From contig OX597817.1 of NCBI GenBank assembly GCA_951406725.2, positions 118,792,001 to 118,856,000 of the forward strand: 64,000 nt of DNA. Direction: 5' to 3'. The stretch's first letter is position 1, and the number at the start of each line of letters is the position of its first letter. This stretch comes from Octopus vulgaris (Eukaryota). Of the stretch, positions 51,470 to 64,000 are shown in pieces. The notes under the pieces are model-generated. The model ran no database searches, was not told the DNA's origin, and worked only from the letters and a program-made list of their open reading frames with translations. The translations under genes and the position numbers were made by a program.

Positions 51470-54400
51470 CATCACATATATATTATATATATAATGCAAA
51501 AACATCCCATAGACTGCATGATTCAATAAAATAGAAATGAAAAAAAGGCATGAGAGGGGTGATGTATACCCTGTGTGTAGATAAAATGTTTTCACAAATT
51601 AGTGTGGCTTACAATGTGTGGCTTATCCATGCTTTTTAATTGAACTGAATTAAGCTTTGTAAGTGTTTTACTAAAAGAGGATTATTGCAGAGAATTTGAG
51701 AAGTGTTTTCAACGTCTTTCAATGATGGCAGGTGAATCAAACATGCTGTAGTTTGTTGTAGGATATGAATAATATGACCACTTGCTGATTGGGAAATTTG
51801 TAAGTTCGATTATTTTTTAATCATTATAGGTATTTATACTCCAGTGAAATTAAGAAATTAACTCATAAATAAACGAAACCCTTGAATCTATCACTGTGCA
51901 CACACACACACACACAAAGTCGTATATCTATGTATATTTGAAGATAATCAAACCAAATTTTCATAATTTCGAGCTGCTCATGCAATGAGTATTTCTTCCA
52001 AATGTGGTGAAAATCTGTTCAGCTATTATCCAGTAATTTTGCAAACACACAGACAAACAAACTAAGATGAGTGATTACAAGGCTCTGCTTTTGCTTACAT
52101 GCATGGGGTAATGAAGTTTTAAAATTTATTCTTCCTGTGCAACCTTGTGCTGGTTCACAGCCCAAAGGTTGGGAGCCCTATCTTAGAGAATAAGGCAAAT
52201 ATCTAACCCTAATGTAACACTTTGAAGAAGAACAATTTTTCTTTACCAGAACCACTGAAATATTGTTCTTGTGATGTTTTGCATAAACTGAGTACTCAAA
52301 GTTAACAGTCTAGTTCTTCAACTTGTGTCAAAGATTAAAACAACCTTGACAACTATTTAAGTTAGAATTCTTGACTTGTTTCATGACAAGCTAATTAATC
52401 TACATCAATTCTCTGTTACAACCAGAGGTCAAGTGGTATCAGCTCTGCTTATATAAATGTTTATATAAATGCTATTACCCAATGATTTTCCATGAAATCT
52501 AGGGAATATTAAAGATTTCAACACATGTAATTAATCACCAGTCACTTCTAATCTTGCTTAAATAGAAAAGTTGAGAATTTTTTTTTTTCTCAACCATATC
52601 TATTTTACTGAATTATTCAAATGAAAGCAATTAACAAACTAATTTTTGAACATGCTGTATAATCATTTAAAACTGGAAACATCATCATTGGCATACATTG
52701 ACTATTTATTGCCAAGACAATTCAATATGCAAATTTTTCTACAAGAAAATATAGAAAATTTTTTTAGAAATGTTTGTGTCCAATACTTTGTTTTCTTATT
52801 TTACACAGTTTCAGTCTTCTTATCTGTTTTAACTCGCAAATAGATAAATTGATAATTGCAAAGGTCATGCCATAACTATTATAAATGGTGTCAGCAACTC
52901 TTACTCATTAACAACACGATTTACTCTACGTTTTATTATTTATTGCAAAAGCCACAAGCTCCAACTAATGAAAGTTAAGTGATTAATTATAGCTATTTTT
53001 AAAACTGTTTTCTTTTACACAAAGTAACTATTTTAAGAACTGCAGAAATTTATGATTATGAAGGCTGTAGATCACTGATAATATATACATATATACATAT
53101 ATACATATATATATATATAATTATTATTATTATTATTATTATAAAGAAAATTAATATAACATAAGGAGTGAATTCAGAAAGGTTAGAATGATTACAAAAG
53201 GTGGTGAATACTTAATATGAAATGGATATCCAGTTTGAGACTAAAAATTATTACAGACTTCAAATTGCGTTTTTATTCAAAATCCTCTGACAGCTATGTT
53301 CCTCCACCGAAATCACTACGATATATTTATTTTTAACAACTAACATTCAGATTATTTGAAAACAAAAGAGAAAAAAAAACAACAAAAAAAAAAGAAAACA
53401 AAAACAAATTTAAAAAAACAAGACTAGAGTTATTGGTATTATAGATTTGTTGTTTGTGTTTTGTTTTGTTTTTTCTTTTTTTTCCTGATGTAGCATATAT
53501 AAAGACATGAATATTCAGGAAGCTTAATAGATATCTCATCAAGGTCAGAATTGATTGATTAAGAATAATAACGAAACTCAGCAGTGTAAATAAAATCTCT
53601 GTTCATATTAGATCATTTGAAATATATAGAACATTTTATTTATCTAGTGAATGACTGCCAATAATAAAGGCTTCAGGGTTTTTTTTTCCTTTTTCTTTTC
53701 TTTTTTTTTTTTTTGGTCTTTAGCTAAATTACAGTTGATGGGAATTGACCTCCTGAATCAGAATTAATGAATAATAAAAACCATCGAAGTATAAAGACAG
53801 AAGACGAAAATCAAATGAAACAAAGAAATACAACTTAATGAAACTTCAAAGTACATTTTCATTGTTCCCTTAAAATGTTACTACTGTTATACTGTAATAT
53901 TGATGTGTTTATAATACTGTGATCAAAACCCCAATAGTTAGAGACGGAAAGTTTGTTCATAAATCTGACAAACATTTCTCTGGCAAACCTTCCAATATTA
54001 TTAGAAAGGTCATCATATGAATTATTGATGCAAAGTCAGATTCCACATATAGGTATTGGGCATTCAAGCAATTAATCAATTTATTGGTTATACACACACA
54101 CACACATACACACATGTGCAGACACAAATGAGAGAGAGGGAGAGAAATTGTGTGTGTGTGTGTGTGTGTGTGTGAATGTATGACCAGCAAATTGATTAAT
54201 GGCTTGCCTGCTTGGTGCTGTGTAGATAAAAGGCAACCAAGAATATAAGTATGATGAATGTCATGCCATAAATGAAAAGGTTTCTTTTATTTTGTGTGGC
54301 TTTTATTTTTTTTTGATATTTTTCCTTTTGGCTCCTTTTTACTTGGTATATCATAATTTCATATAGAACTTATGAAATACTAGTTCTCTGTAAATTCCAG

Positions 54401-54967
54401 AGAAAGAAAATGGCAATACTTCACTAAAATCATTTTTCCAAGTAAATGAAAACTTTCAATGTTGAGTGTCATAGACAGAGTCCAAAAATTGTATTCCCGT
54501 ACTTGGCTATATTTTTACTTAGAAATTCTTACCTAATGGTGGTTAACTTAATCATGATTAATTATTTGAACTTCACTGCCTTATGAAAGGAACAGCTCTC
54601 TAAGAGGGCAATTCAAAGGGTTTCTGAAGTTGAGAATGATTACATCTAAAAGATGCTTCTCTTTTATTCACTTTTGGTGAATGTAGCCTTGACCAAGAAG
54701 AGCAGATATTATCAGACTGGCTCCAAAGATCAATGGCTTGTTTCAACTCTGAACTATAGCGTTCTCCTGCTAGTAGATTGGCAGTGAGTCACTGTCTATT
54801 TCCTCGTGGCTTTCAGCTTAGCACAGATAGTGGAGTAAATGGGGCGGGGGGAGAGCCTAGGTTTTAATGTGAGATCTGGAAAAAGATGCTGCCCAGACAA
54901 GAGTAACTCAGATCACATCATTGATGTGGAAAAGTTATATTTATGGTTAACAAATGAGACCTTAATT

Positions 54968-55140
54968 GTTTCTGATTTAGGTGCAAGGCTAGTGATTTTT
55001 TAAAGAAAAGTGTGTGTGTGTGTGTGTGGGGGGGTAATTGATGGTGTTAACCCTTGTACTCAACTGGCACTTTATTCTATGACCCCTGGAAGGATGAAAG
55101 GCAAACTTGATGCTCTAACAGTTCTTGCTGCCAGCTTGTT
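54968..55140 (-). mobile_element. SINE family B, degenerate
   Basis: caactggcactttattctatgacccctggaaggatgaaaggcaaacttga. Confidence 0.65.
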
Positions 55141-56212
55141 ACTTTGAGACAAGATCTGAATAAAAACATAAAGTTTTTGGTTATATTGGTGATTATATCT
55201 ATGATGAGTGGTGGTCTCAACCATATTATTTTTCTCTTCCTGACTCAGCTATTAGGGAGAGTCCCCTTTTTATACCTGTTTCTCACTAAATGATGTACTA
55301 TCTTGATACATCATTCTAATACAGAGTCTCTGAAAATATCTCTGTCAGAATATTGCATAGAATGTTGAGCAGTGTTTGTTCAGGCACTTTATCTATTGAG
55401 TTCAAATCCCATCGAGCTTTCTAATAACTTCTATGTCCATTGATATACACAGTATTTAAGTATGAGTCAGTAGTTACACACTGTGGAAACACAATAGTTT
55501 TGCAGATTTATATATCATGCCTTGTGTCTCCAAGTGATCCTTCATAACTTGCTTTATTTGAAAAACAGAATGCTGGTCTATGAGAAAATACAAAAGAAAA
55601 ACGAAAAGGCATATGCAAAAGAAGTGGGATGAAAAAAACAAAAGGTAAATAAAAAGAGATAAAGAAAGTAAAGAAAACTGAGAACTGAATCCCTTTTGTC
55701 CATTGAAATCATAAAAGACATAGATATAGATACATATATATATTTCCAATGTACATCAAGAAATGCATTACAAAGGATAAGCCTTTGAGCAAACTCAATA
55801 AACTAATGTTTACAGCCTTTATATTGTGCAGACAAATTGAATTAAACAGACTGAGGTGTAAATATATCAAAATAAATATGAATATTGTAGGACATGCCAT
55901 GTTTATATAGATTGGCATTTGCTAAAAATAAGTAAAAATTATTCAATTCCTTCATTGCAACTAGTTGTTTTCTGACACCAAAGCTGATACATGAAGGGCA
56001 TTTAATAATGCAGAATATGTTTTTTGAATCTGTACATTCAGGATTCACATAAGGATTTTGATTTTTATAAGCAGGGAGAATATAACAGTTGAGATGAATA
56101 TAGGACATCATAACAAATGTTGCCTATGGCTGCAAAACTCTATATGCTGAACATATCTAAACTACATCACTGTTGATATAGGTACATTAATGCAAAGTTA
56201 TTATATTAAATA

Positions 56213-56259
<47 letters not shown>

Positions 56260-56316
56260 GCATAAATACACACAGATAGATAGATATACACACACATACT
56301 ATATATATACAATGTA

Positions 56317-56357
<41 letters not shown>

Positions 56358-56664
56358 GCATAAATACATACACAGAGATAGAGATAGATAGATAGATATA
56401 CACACACACACCATATATATATATTTGTATGTATGAATGAATAAATGAAAGAATGAATGAATGACTGAATGAATAAATGTATTATTTGACTCTCTGTCTG
56501 ATCAGAAAAATTTCTAATAGGAAATTTCTTACATGTTTCTCCAGCATGTACAACTTGGTGGTTTCTATTAACAAATGAAACATGTGTAATGGTGAATAAG
56601 TGAATACAAAAAGAATTTTTGCAGCTTCTTGTTTTTTTATATATCATCACTCGATGATAATGAT

Positions 56665-56860
56665 GATAATCATCCTTTAATCTCCATTTTCCATGGATTG
56701 GATGGTTTGACAGGAGCTGGTAAAACTGGGGGGCACACCAGGCTCCATCCATTATCTGCTCTGGCATGGTTTTTTTCTTTACAGCAAATTGCCCTTCCTA
56801 AAGCCCTTTACTTTACAGAGTGTACTGAATTTTTTTTACATGGCACTAGCACCAGTGTTT
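56665..56860 (-). mobile_element. SINE family D fragment
   Basis: catcctttaatctccattttccatgg...caccaggctcca...gcccttcctaa...tggcactagcac. Confidence 0.65.
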
Positions 56861-57080
56861 TAATATAGACACACACACACATATATATCATTATTATTTT
56901 AATGTCCACTTTTTCATGCTTGTTAAGGTAGATTTTTTATGATGGATATGTTTTCACGGAAGACTGAAAATAAAGGACATCACTTGTAACAACTCACCTT
57001 TTTTTACAAGTATTACATAATGTCAAAACAAGGAGTCACAAAGACATTACATTCATATTATAAATATGTGCAAACATATA

Positions 57081-57499
57081 CTCTTTTACTTGTTTCAGTC
57101 ATTTTGACTGCAGCCATGCTGGAGCACCACCTTTAGTCGAACAAATCAACCCCTGGACTTATTCCTTGTAAGCCTAGTACTTATTCTTTTGGTCTCCTTT
57201 GCTGAACTGCTAAGTTACAGGGACATAAACACACCAGCATTGGTTGTCAAGCAATGGACAAACACAGACACACAAATACATACATACATACATACATACT
57301 TACATATATATATATATATATATTCGAAAGGTTCTTTCAGTTTCTGTCTACCAAATCCACTCACAAGGCTTTGGTTGGCCCGAGGCTATAGTAGAAGACA
57401 CTTGCCCAAGGGGCAAGTGTCTTCTACTATAATGGAACTGACCCCAAAACCATGTAATTGGGAAGCAAGCTTCTTACCACACACGAACTCCTGTGCCTA
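57081..57499 (-). mobile_element. SINE family A with a small internal inversion
   Basis: Collinear with 451-877. tagtagaagacacttgccc-aag-gggcaagtgtcttctacta forms a perfect local hairpin. Confidence 0.88.
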
Positions 57500-57558
57500 T
57501 GTACATATACTTTAAGTATTTAAAATATTCTTAATATGTCTTTAATATATATGCACAA

Positions 57559-57915
57559 GAAGGCGGTGAGCTGGCAGAAACGTTAGGATGCCAGGCAAAA
57601 TGCTTAGCAGCATTTCCTGTCTTTACATTCTGAGTTCAAATTCTGCCAAGGTCAACTTTGTCTTTTATCCTTTTGGGGTGTATAAATTAAGCACCAGCTG
57701 CATACTGGGGTTCAATCTAATCATTAGCATACTGGGTAAAATGATTAGCTGTATTTCATCCATCTTTACATTCTGAGTCCAAATTCTGCTGCAGCTGACT
57801 TTGCCTTTTATCATTTCGAGATCAATAAAATAAGTACCAGTTGAGCACTGGGGTCGATGTAATCAATTTGCCCCCTTCCTCAAAATTGTTGGCCATGTGC
57901 CAAAATTGGAAACCA
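57559..57915 (+). mobile_element. SINE family B, two tandem copies
   Basis: aaggcggtgagctggcagaaacgttag..., restarting at ttagcatactgggtaaaatg and ending ccaaaattggaaacc. Confidence 0.85.
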
Positions 57916-58020
57916 CTATTGTGAGTTAAGAAACAGAAATGCATACCGAAAGCAAAGTCGAAATAGTTTCCATATCTGCTTCTATCTTTAAATATATGAT
58001 CAATAGGGAGCATCTATTTA

Positions 58021-58244
58021 CTCTTTCTCTTTACTCTTTTACTTGTTTCAGTCATTTGACTGCAGCCATGCTGGAGCACCACCTTTAGACAAGCAATCGA
58101 CCCTGGGACTTATTCTTTGTAAGCCTAGTACTTTTTCTATCAGTCTCTTTTGCTGAACCACTAAGTTACAGGGACGTAAACACACCAGCATCGGTTGTCA
58201 AGCGATGTTGGGGAGACAAACACAGACACACAAACCTCCCACAG

Positions 58245-58313
<69 letters not shown>

Positions 58314-58474
58314 CGATGGGCTTCTTTCAGTTGCCGTCTACCAAATTCACTCACAAAGCTTTGGTTGACCCGAGGCTATAGTAGAAGACACTTGCCCAAG
58401 GTACCACGCAGTGGGACTTAACACAGAACCATGTGGTTCGTAAGCAAGCTACTTACCACACAGCCACTTCTGCG
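58021..58474 (-). mobile_element. SINE family A, full length
   Basis: Collinear with 451-877. Confidence 0.9.
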
Positions 58475-61025
58475 TACTATTCACCAATTATCTTTTAAAA
58501 GTTTGTAAACTAAAAATGTTGTAAACTGATGTCATCTACTAATTACATATCATGTCACATTTGATTAATTACAAGGACAATTACTATATTTGATTAATTA
58601 CAACAAGGATAATTTCAAACATTGTTTCATATCTCTGCTTTCTGTTTCATAACTGGTTCTCAAGCCCTACTATTATGTGCAATATGAATGTTTTATACAT
58701 TACATTAAGTACCTGCATTGTAGTGCGTGTCCGTTAGTTCAAGTTCAAATCTTGCAATGCTTCATGCAAATTTTCCCACTACAAATTATATATGTATGAT
58801 TTCTGTTATATGAATGATAAAAGTGAAATATTATCTATCAGACATACCTGTGGGGCAATGATGCCTTGTTTTTGTTTTTCCTCTTCTTTTAGTTGCGTAA
58901 AGTAAATTTTCCACAAATGAAGTAACTTTTAAGAGGTTAGAAATTACAACCTATTCCAAACATTAAGTTTGTTGGACTGACTAAATGAAATGTGATGACA
59001 GAAGTGGAGCTGAGTGGAAGAACTATGGAAGTACGCTATAAAAAGACTGATGGCTACTGTGTGAGGTATTTGCAATGAAATTGTTTACTGAAGCAGAAAA
59101 ATGAAATGAAAGTGATAGATTAAAAGAGATAGTTTTAGTAGAAAATGATGAGACAATGTGGATGATAGCTTGGGAAAGACAGACAGAGAATGAAGACAAT
59201 TTGTGCATTGTAGACATATATGTTGAAACGACATACTACTCTCCATTTGTTCACTTATTGATAGAATTTTCCACAAAATGACAGTTTTATATTCCTTCAA
59301 AGTAAGCCATTAATAGAGTCCTTCCATCAATTCTTAATACATGCTAAAATCAATCAGTTTTAGCTGAATTTTTATAGGCAAGGCAAAATATCAATTTCTT
59401 TCAGTTGGACCATTCCAGTTTAGTTTAGAAATAATTTTTTAAAAAAAGTATCTTTGTATTTGATTTTCTTTTATATCATTTATTTGGTTTTATTTCTACC
59501 CCACACCCTGAAAAGTTATATGATCAAGAAAATTTTATAACATTAAGAATAAATGCATATAAAAATTTAAATAAAATAAAATATCACTTTTATCTTAAGA
59601 TAATATTTTTCTTTTAATTGCTTCTAAAAAAATTAAAAAAGGAAATAAATCTTTACTTGTTCCACATATTTATTATAACTAATTGAATATTTAATCTCTT
59701 GCTTAATAATTTTTTTGTATTATTTGTTTCTATTTCTTTATAGTTTTTGATGTATTTTTTCCTAATCATTGTTTTATATAATGTTTGTCGTTTTTCTTTC
59801 TATTGAAATTGGTTACATGAAAAAGATAAAAAAATTAAAAAGAAAAATATAATGAAGAAAAATAAGAGATAACAGAAAAAAAAATCTCCCCCATCTGTTG
59901 GTAGTCAAGGCAACTTCTTTGTCAATCTACGTTAACAACTTGTTTTCACACATTCCACAGACAGTAGATCTTCAGATGAGACATCACATTTTGAAAATGG
60001 TTTGATATAAAATCAATAAATTCCATTATTTTTCAATTTACTCCAACTTTTAGGTGGTAGTGGATAGGAGTGAACATTTTTAAAAGTGCCAACAGCTTAT
60101 AGAATATACATGATCTGAGGGCAGATGTGTATAAGTGTATCTATTTATGTGTTGTAAATATGAATATATGCATCTACGTTTTATACCAATAGCTAAGTGA
60201 CTAGGTGTATGTACATATTTATGAGAGGGAGAGATTACTGTGTATGCATCTGAGTGCATTTTTCACAAAAATATGTTTCCATATATGCATGTATCCAAAA
60301 AATCATGCAAGCACACTTGAATATATTTATAAATCTGTTTACACATCCATATGCATAGTAATTTCTTCAGCTCCAGGTCACTCCTAATAGAACTGACCAA
60401 TTACCAAAATTATTCCAACTATAACTATACAGTCTTTATTACATACAATAAACCTAGAACTACATTACTGCGTGATGATTTGAGGAAGATTTAACAGCTA
60501 TTTCTAGAGGGGCTAATGGTTGTGCTGCTCATTTATTTCAATGTGTACATACAAGCATTTAGAATTTCATAACTAGGTGAATCAATAAAACCACATGATC
60601 AATCAGCCTAGGGGCTCAGTAGAATATACTTTATGTCTGGTGCTATGTTTCTCAATAATTCACTTAATACACAGATGACATAGGCCATCAGGTTGTAGAC
60701 AGAGGATATGCAAAGTCACAGCTCATCACGTTAAGCAAACTGATACTGTATTTTTATTTTTTATGTCAACCATAATCCTCCCTCGGGATAGTATGAAGAA
60801 TTATGGGCTTCATTGCTCTTAGATACATTACATTAAGTTTAGTACTCAGTGACACAGAAAATAAGATGATTTGAGAATACGCAAAATATAAATAAGTAGT
60901 TATTCATGTACCTACAGTTTTACATGTATATAGCTACCCTTGTGTACCTCTAACCACCATCTCTGCCACTGTTCATCTCCCTCCACCTCCACTCTCACAT
61001 CATCTCCATACTTTCTGATCATGAT

Positions 61026-61380
61026 CATCATCATTTAACGTCCGCTTTCCATGCTAGCATGGGTTGGACGATTTGACTGAGGACTAGCGAACCAGATGAC
61101 TGCACCAGGCTCCAATCATGATATGGCAGAGTTTCTACAGCTGGATGCCCTTCCTAATGCCAACCATTCCGAGAGTGTAGTGGGTGCTTTTTACGTGCCA
61201 CCAGCACAAGAGCCAGTCAGGCAGTACTGGCAACGGCCACACTCATATGGTGTTTTCTTTTTTTTTTTTTACGTGCCACCTGCACAAGTTCCAGTAAGGC
61301 AACACTGGTAACGATCACACTCGAATGGTGCTTTTTACGTGCCACTAGCATGGACGCCAGTTAGCCGCTCTGGCAATGAT
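61026..61380 (-). mobile_element. SINE family D with internal triplicated unit
   Basis: (CAT)n tail. Minus-strand core GTTGGCATTAGGAAGGGCATCCAGCTGTAGAAAC. ttttacgtgccac repeated three times (about 61189, 61267, 61333). Confidence 0.8.
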
Positions 61381-61819
61381 CCTTCTACAGATTCATAATA
61401 ATGCTGCTCTCCACACTTCATGTGACACTGCTTGTCACTTCCACCTTCTATTTCTTTCATCTCCTTGTTCCATACTGATATTTACCATCAACCACACCAT
61501 AAACTTAGTTCATCACTCATTGCAACCACTTCCAGCCTCATCTCTACCTATCTATTAATCTCCTCTCATACTCCTATTAAATTATTCATCTTTTCCTTCC
61601 ACTGCCCAATCCATGGTCTCTATGCTCCCTTATACTCATCTTCTTGTATCTTGAGAATACACTCTTACACCATTTCACCACCACCTTTATTTCTCTTAAA
61701 GTTATTGTCACCTACTCTCATATAATGTTGAGTAGCCATGAATTTCTTCTATGGCAAAACACCTGTGCTTGTCCTTCTATAATACTTTGGCCTTTAACAA
61801 CTGGCATAAATCCACATAC

Positions 61820-62080
61820 CCCTTCTCAAATGAACCTTTTCCATTTCCTTCTTTTTGTCTTGCAAGTTACTTGGCAACCTCACTAGTGCTGGTGTCAAAA
61901 GCAAGTTCACACTACAAAATGCTTGGTGTTAAGAAGGGGATCTAGCTGTAGAAACTATGCCAAAACTGACATTGGGTCTTGACATAGTTCTTCTATAGTT
62001 CAATGTATTCTGTCAATCAGTCCAGCCTATGCCAGCATGGAATACAGACATTAACTGATGATGATTATGATGATGATGAC
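61820..62080 (+). mobile_element. SINE family D, opposite orientation
   Basis: cctcactagtgctggtgtc...tgttaagaaggggatctagctgtagaaac...gccagcatggaatacagacattaa(tga)n. Confidence 0.75.
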
Positions 62081-62269
62081 GATTTATGAATGGGTTCATG
62101 TATAACAGGTTGGCATGTACTTGTTTATAAATTTTTGCTTAATGCTCATTAATGAAAGTAGGTGTATTTATTCTAGCATGATTAAAGTAAATCATTACAT
62201 AACAATATAATGCTTATAAACATTATATGTATATTCTAAAACTTTTGAAGCATGAAATTACATTTATAT

Positions 62270-62390
62270 ATGAAAGGATGAAAGGCAAAGCCAACTTTGG
62301 TGGAATTTGAACTCAGAAGATAAAGACAGATGAAATGCTATGATGAAACATTTTGTCTGGCATGCTAATGATTCTGCCAGCTCACCATCT
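62270..62390 (-). mobile_element. SINE family B 5' fragment
   Basis: gaaaggatgaaaggcaaag...atttgaactcagaa...gattctgccagctcacc. Confidence 0.75.
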
Positions 62391-63029
62391 TATGTACTGC
62401 AGTACATCTTATATATATATAAAATCTTATTCTTTTGCCGTGGCCATGCTGGAGGACTGCTTTGAAGGGCTTAGTTGATTGAAATTCCATGAAATATTGT
62501 GGAATTGATAGGATATATGATAATGCAGAAGAGGAAAGTACAATGAGAATGCAGTCAAGGCACAATTCATCAACCTTTTTTTCTCTTTGTATATCATGCA
62601 TTTTATGAGCAATAACATTATTGGTTATAGGTTTCCAATGAGCCAATTGCTGGCTCACTCCATTTTCAATGGCAAGAATTACAAGGGAAGAATGTCTGTG
62701 TAACTGGAATGGAATGAATACTATAAATATTTTGACTCTGGCCAATAAACAGGTAAATGACAGAAGAAAGAAACAATGATAAACTTAATAACAATATTTT
62801 AGTATCAAAGCAAGAAAGAGAAAAAGAGACAATGAAGGTAAGATAAAGAGAGAGAGAGGTGAGAGAAAGAGAGAGTGAAATTAGTGTTCATAACAAAGAA
62901 AAATGACACAATAAAATAGAATATCAGTTATTAGGTGCTAAATGTATGGAGGGAAAACTTCAATGAATATGTGCTATTGTACTCTATTGTTATAACTATA
63001 ATATCGTAAATAATAATAACAAAACCAAT

Positions 63030-63232
63030 TCTTTCTGATTTTGGCCTGAGGCCAGCAATTTTGAAGGGAAGGAGCAAGTCAATTACATCAACCCCTGTAA
63101 TTAACTGGTACTTATTTTATTGACCATGAAAGAATGAAAGGCAAAGTCAACCATGACAGAATTTGAACTCAGAATCAGAAGCAATAGCACAAAACACTTT
63201 TCTTTATGCTCTAACGATTCTGCCAGCTCATT
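63030..63232 (-). mobile_element. SINE family B
   Basis: aactggtacttattttattgacc...gaaaggcaaagtcaacc...atttgaactcagaa...ctgccagctc. Confidence 0.8.
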
Positions 63233-63452
63233 GTCTGTTGCAATAATAATAATGATCTTGTTTATTTACCACAAAGGCAAAGGATGAGGGGAGACAATAT
63301 GAAGACAGACATAAAGTGTTGGGGATTACATGTAATGAAATGATTAAAAAAAAAAGAAAGAAAGTAAGTATACACAGTATACACTGAAAAAGAAGGGACA
63401 AATGCATCGCATACAAAGGTTTAAAAAAAAATGATAACAACAAATGCCCTGG

Positions 63453-63975
63453 CAATAGCTCTCATGGCTTCTGATCTTAACTGATTGTGTTATCATGTAC
63501 ATGTTTTGTCATGGTATGAAAGATGGGCTACAGCAAATATTCTGCTCAATACCTCAGATTTGCATGTCATTTACTTGACCTTAACCCCTTGAACATGTCC
63601 CTTAGTGGCTGACAATATGTGCATCATTGATCATGAGCAGAAGTAATTGGGGAGCATCATAGCCATGTGTTGAGAAGAATTCTTTGGCGTTTGAATAATT
63701 CAACCCTGGAAACATGGGTATTTCATTTATCATCCTTAAAAACCCCTTATTCAGGGACCTTTGAAGTGGGATGGGCTACTCTACCTGAAGAAAATTCTAA
63801 AAGGGCCCCACATGCAAGGTCATGCACTGTTTATCTTGACACAAAATCACCATGTTGCACACATATGGTTGAGAGCATGTGCCTAATGTACCCTTATCAT
63901 GATGGGCATACTGGGCTTCGTATATGTACCCCAGCATCACTTTGATGGCATGTGTTGCTCTCTCACACAATAATA
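63453..63975. mobile_element. Unclassified interspersed repeat
   Basis: Higher-GC complex block bounded by (AAC/AAT)n. It resembles a repeat I recall from octopus DNA; no second copy in the window. Confidence 0.4.
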
Positions 63976-64000
63976 GTAATAATAATTTGTAAGCTGCTGA

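Noticed and set aside
54841-54851. GGGGCGGGGG GC box
   Set aside because: Single motif deep in an intron with no CpG island or other promoter evidence.
466-58354. Numerous ORFs rich in YI/CV/HT repeats or with recurring peptides such as RLLSVSVYQIHSQ..PEAIVEDTCP
   Set aside because: They are translations of microsatellites and SINE family A, with no splice or domain support.
41635-64000. Upstream CUB exon(s), including a donor-like site near 58847
   Set aside because: No segment read as an SPNYP-type CUB half ending in phase 2. The next exon is probably outside the window, though a small exon could have been missed.

Overview
AT-rich, microsatellite-dense animal genomic DNA. The SINE repertoire and the (TA)n/(TG)n load suggest an octopus or other coleoid cephalopod (inference from recalled repeat motifs, no search run). 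The window holds the 3' half of one minus-strand multi-exon gene. Five exons (41634-41444, 25374-25336, 20808-20637, 19583-19363, 15677-15553) splice in frame through GT-AG sites. They encode half of one CUB domain, a linker, a complete CUB domain and a hydrophobic C-terminus that looks like a GPI-anchor signal. The motifs match the SOL-1 (suppressor of lurcher) family of glutamate-receptor auxiliary CUB proteins. I found no upstream exon in 41.6-64 kb, so it probably lies beyond the window. A TE-poor stretch from about 15.5 kb down to 7 kb looks like a very long 3'UTR, and CpG content changes near its far end. The introns contain at least four SINE families, RTE-type LINE relics, a Tc1/mariner relic and a piggyBac-type MITE. 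The most unusual signal is a set of about ten short elements carrying whole or partial minimal type-I hammerhead-ribozyme motifs (Penelope-like-element style). Many abut (TA)n tracts and several form fold-back hairpins. One is a tRNA-headed palindrome whose two arms carry complementary halves of one hammerhead. Most ORFs in the supplied track are microsatellite or SINE artefacts. Exon coordinates were checked by phase arithmetic; repeat boundaries are by eye and approximate.
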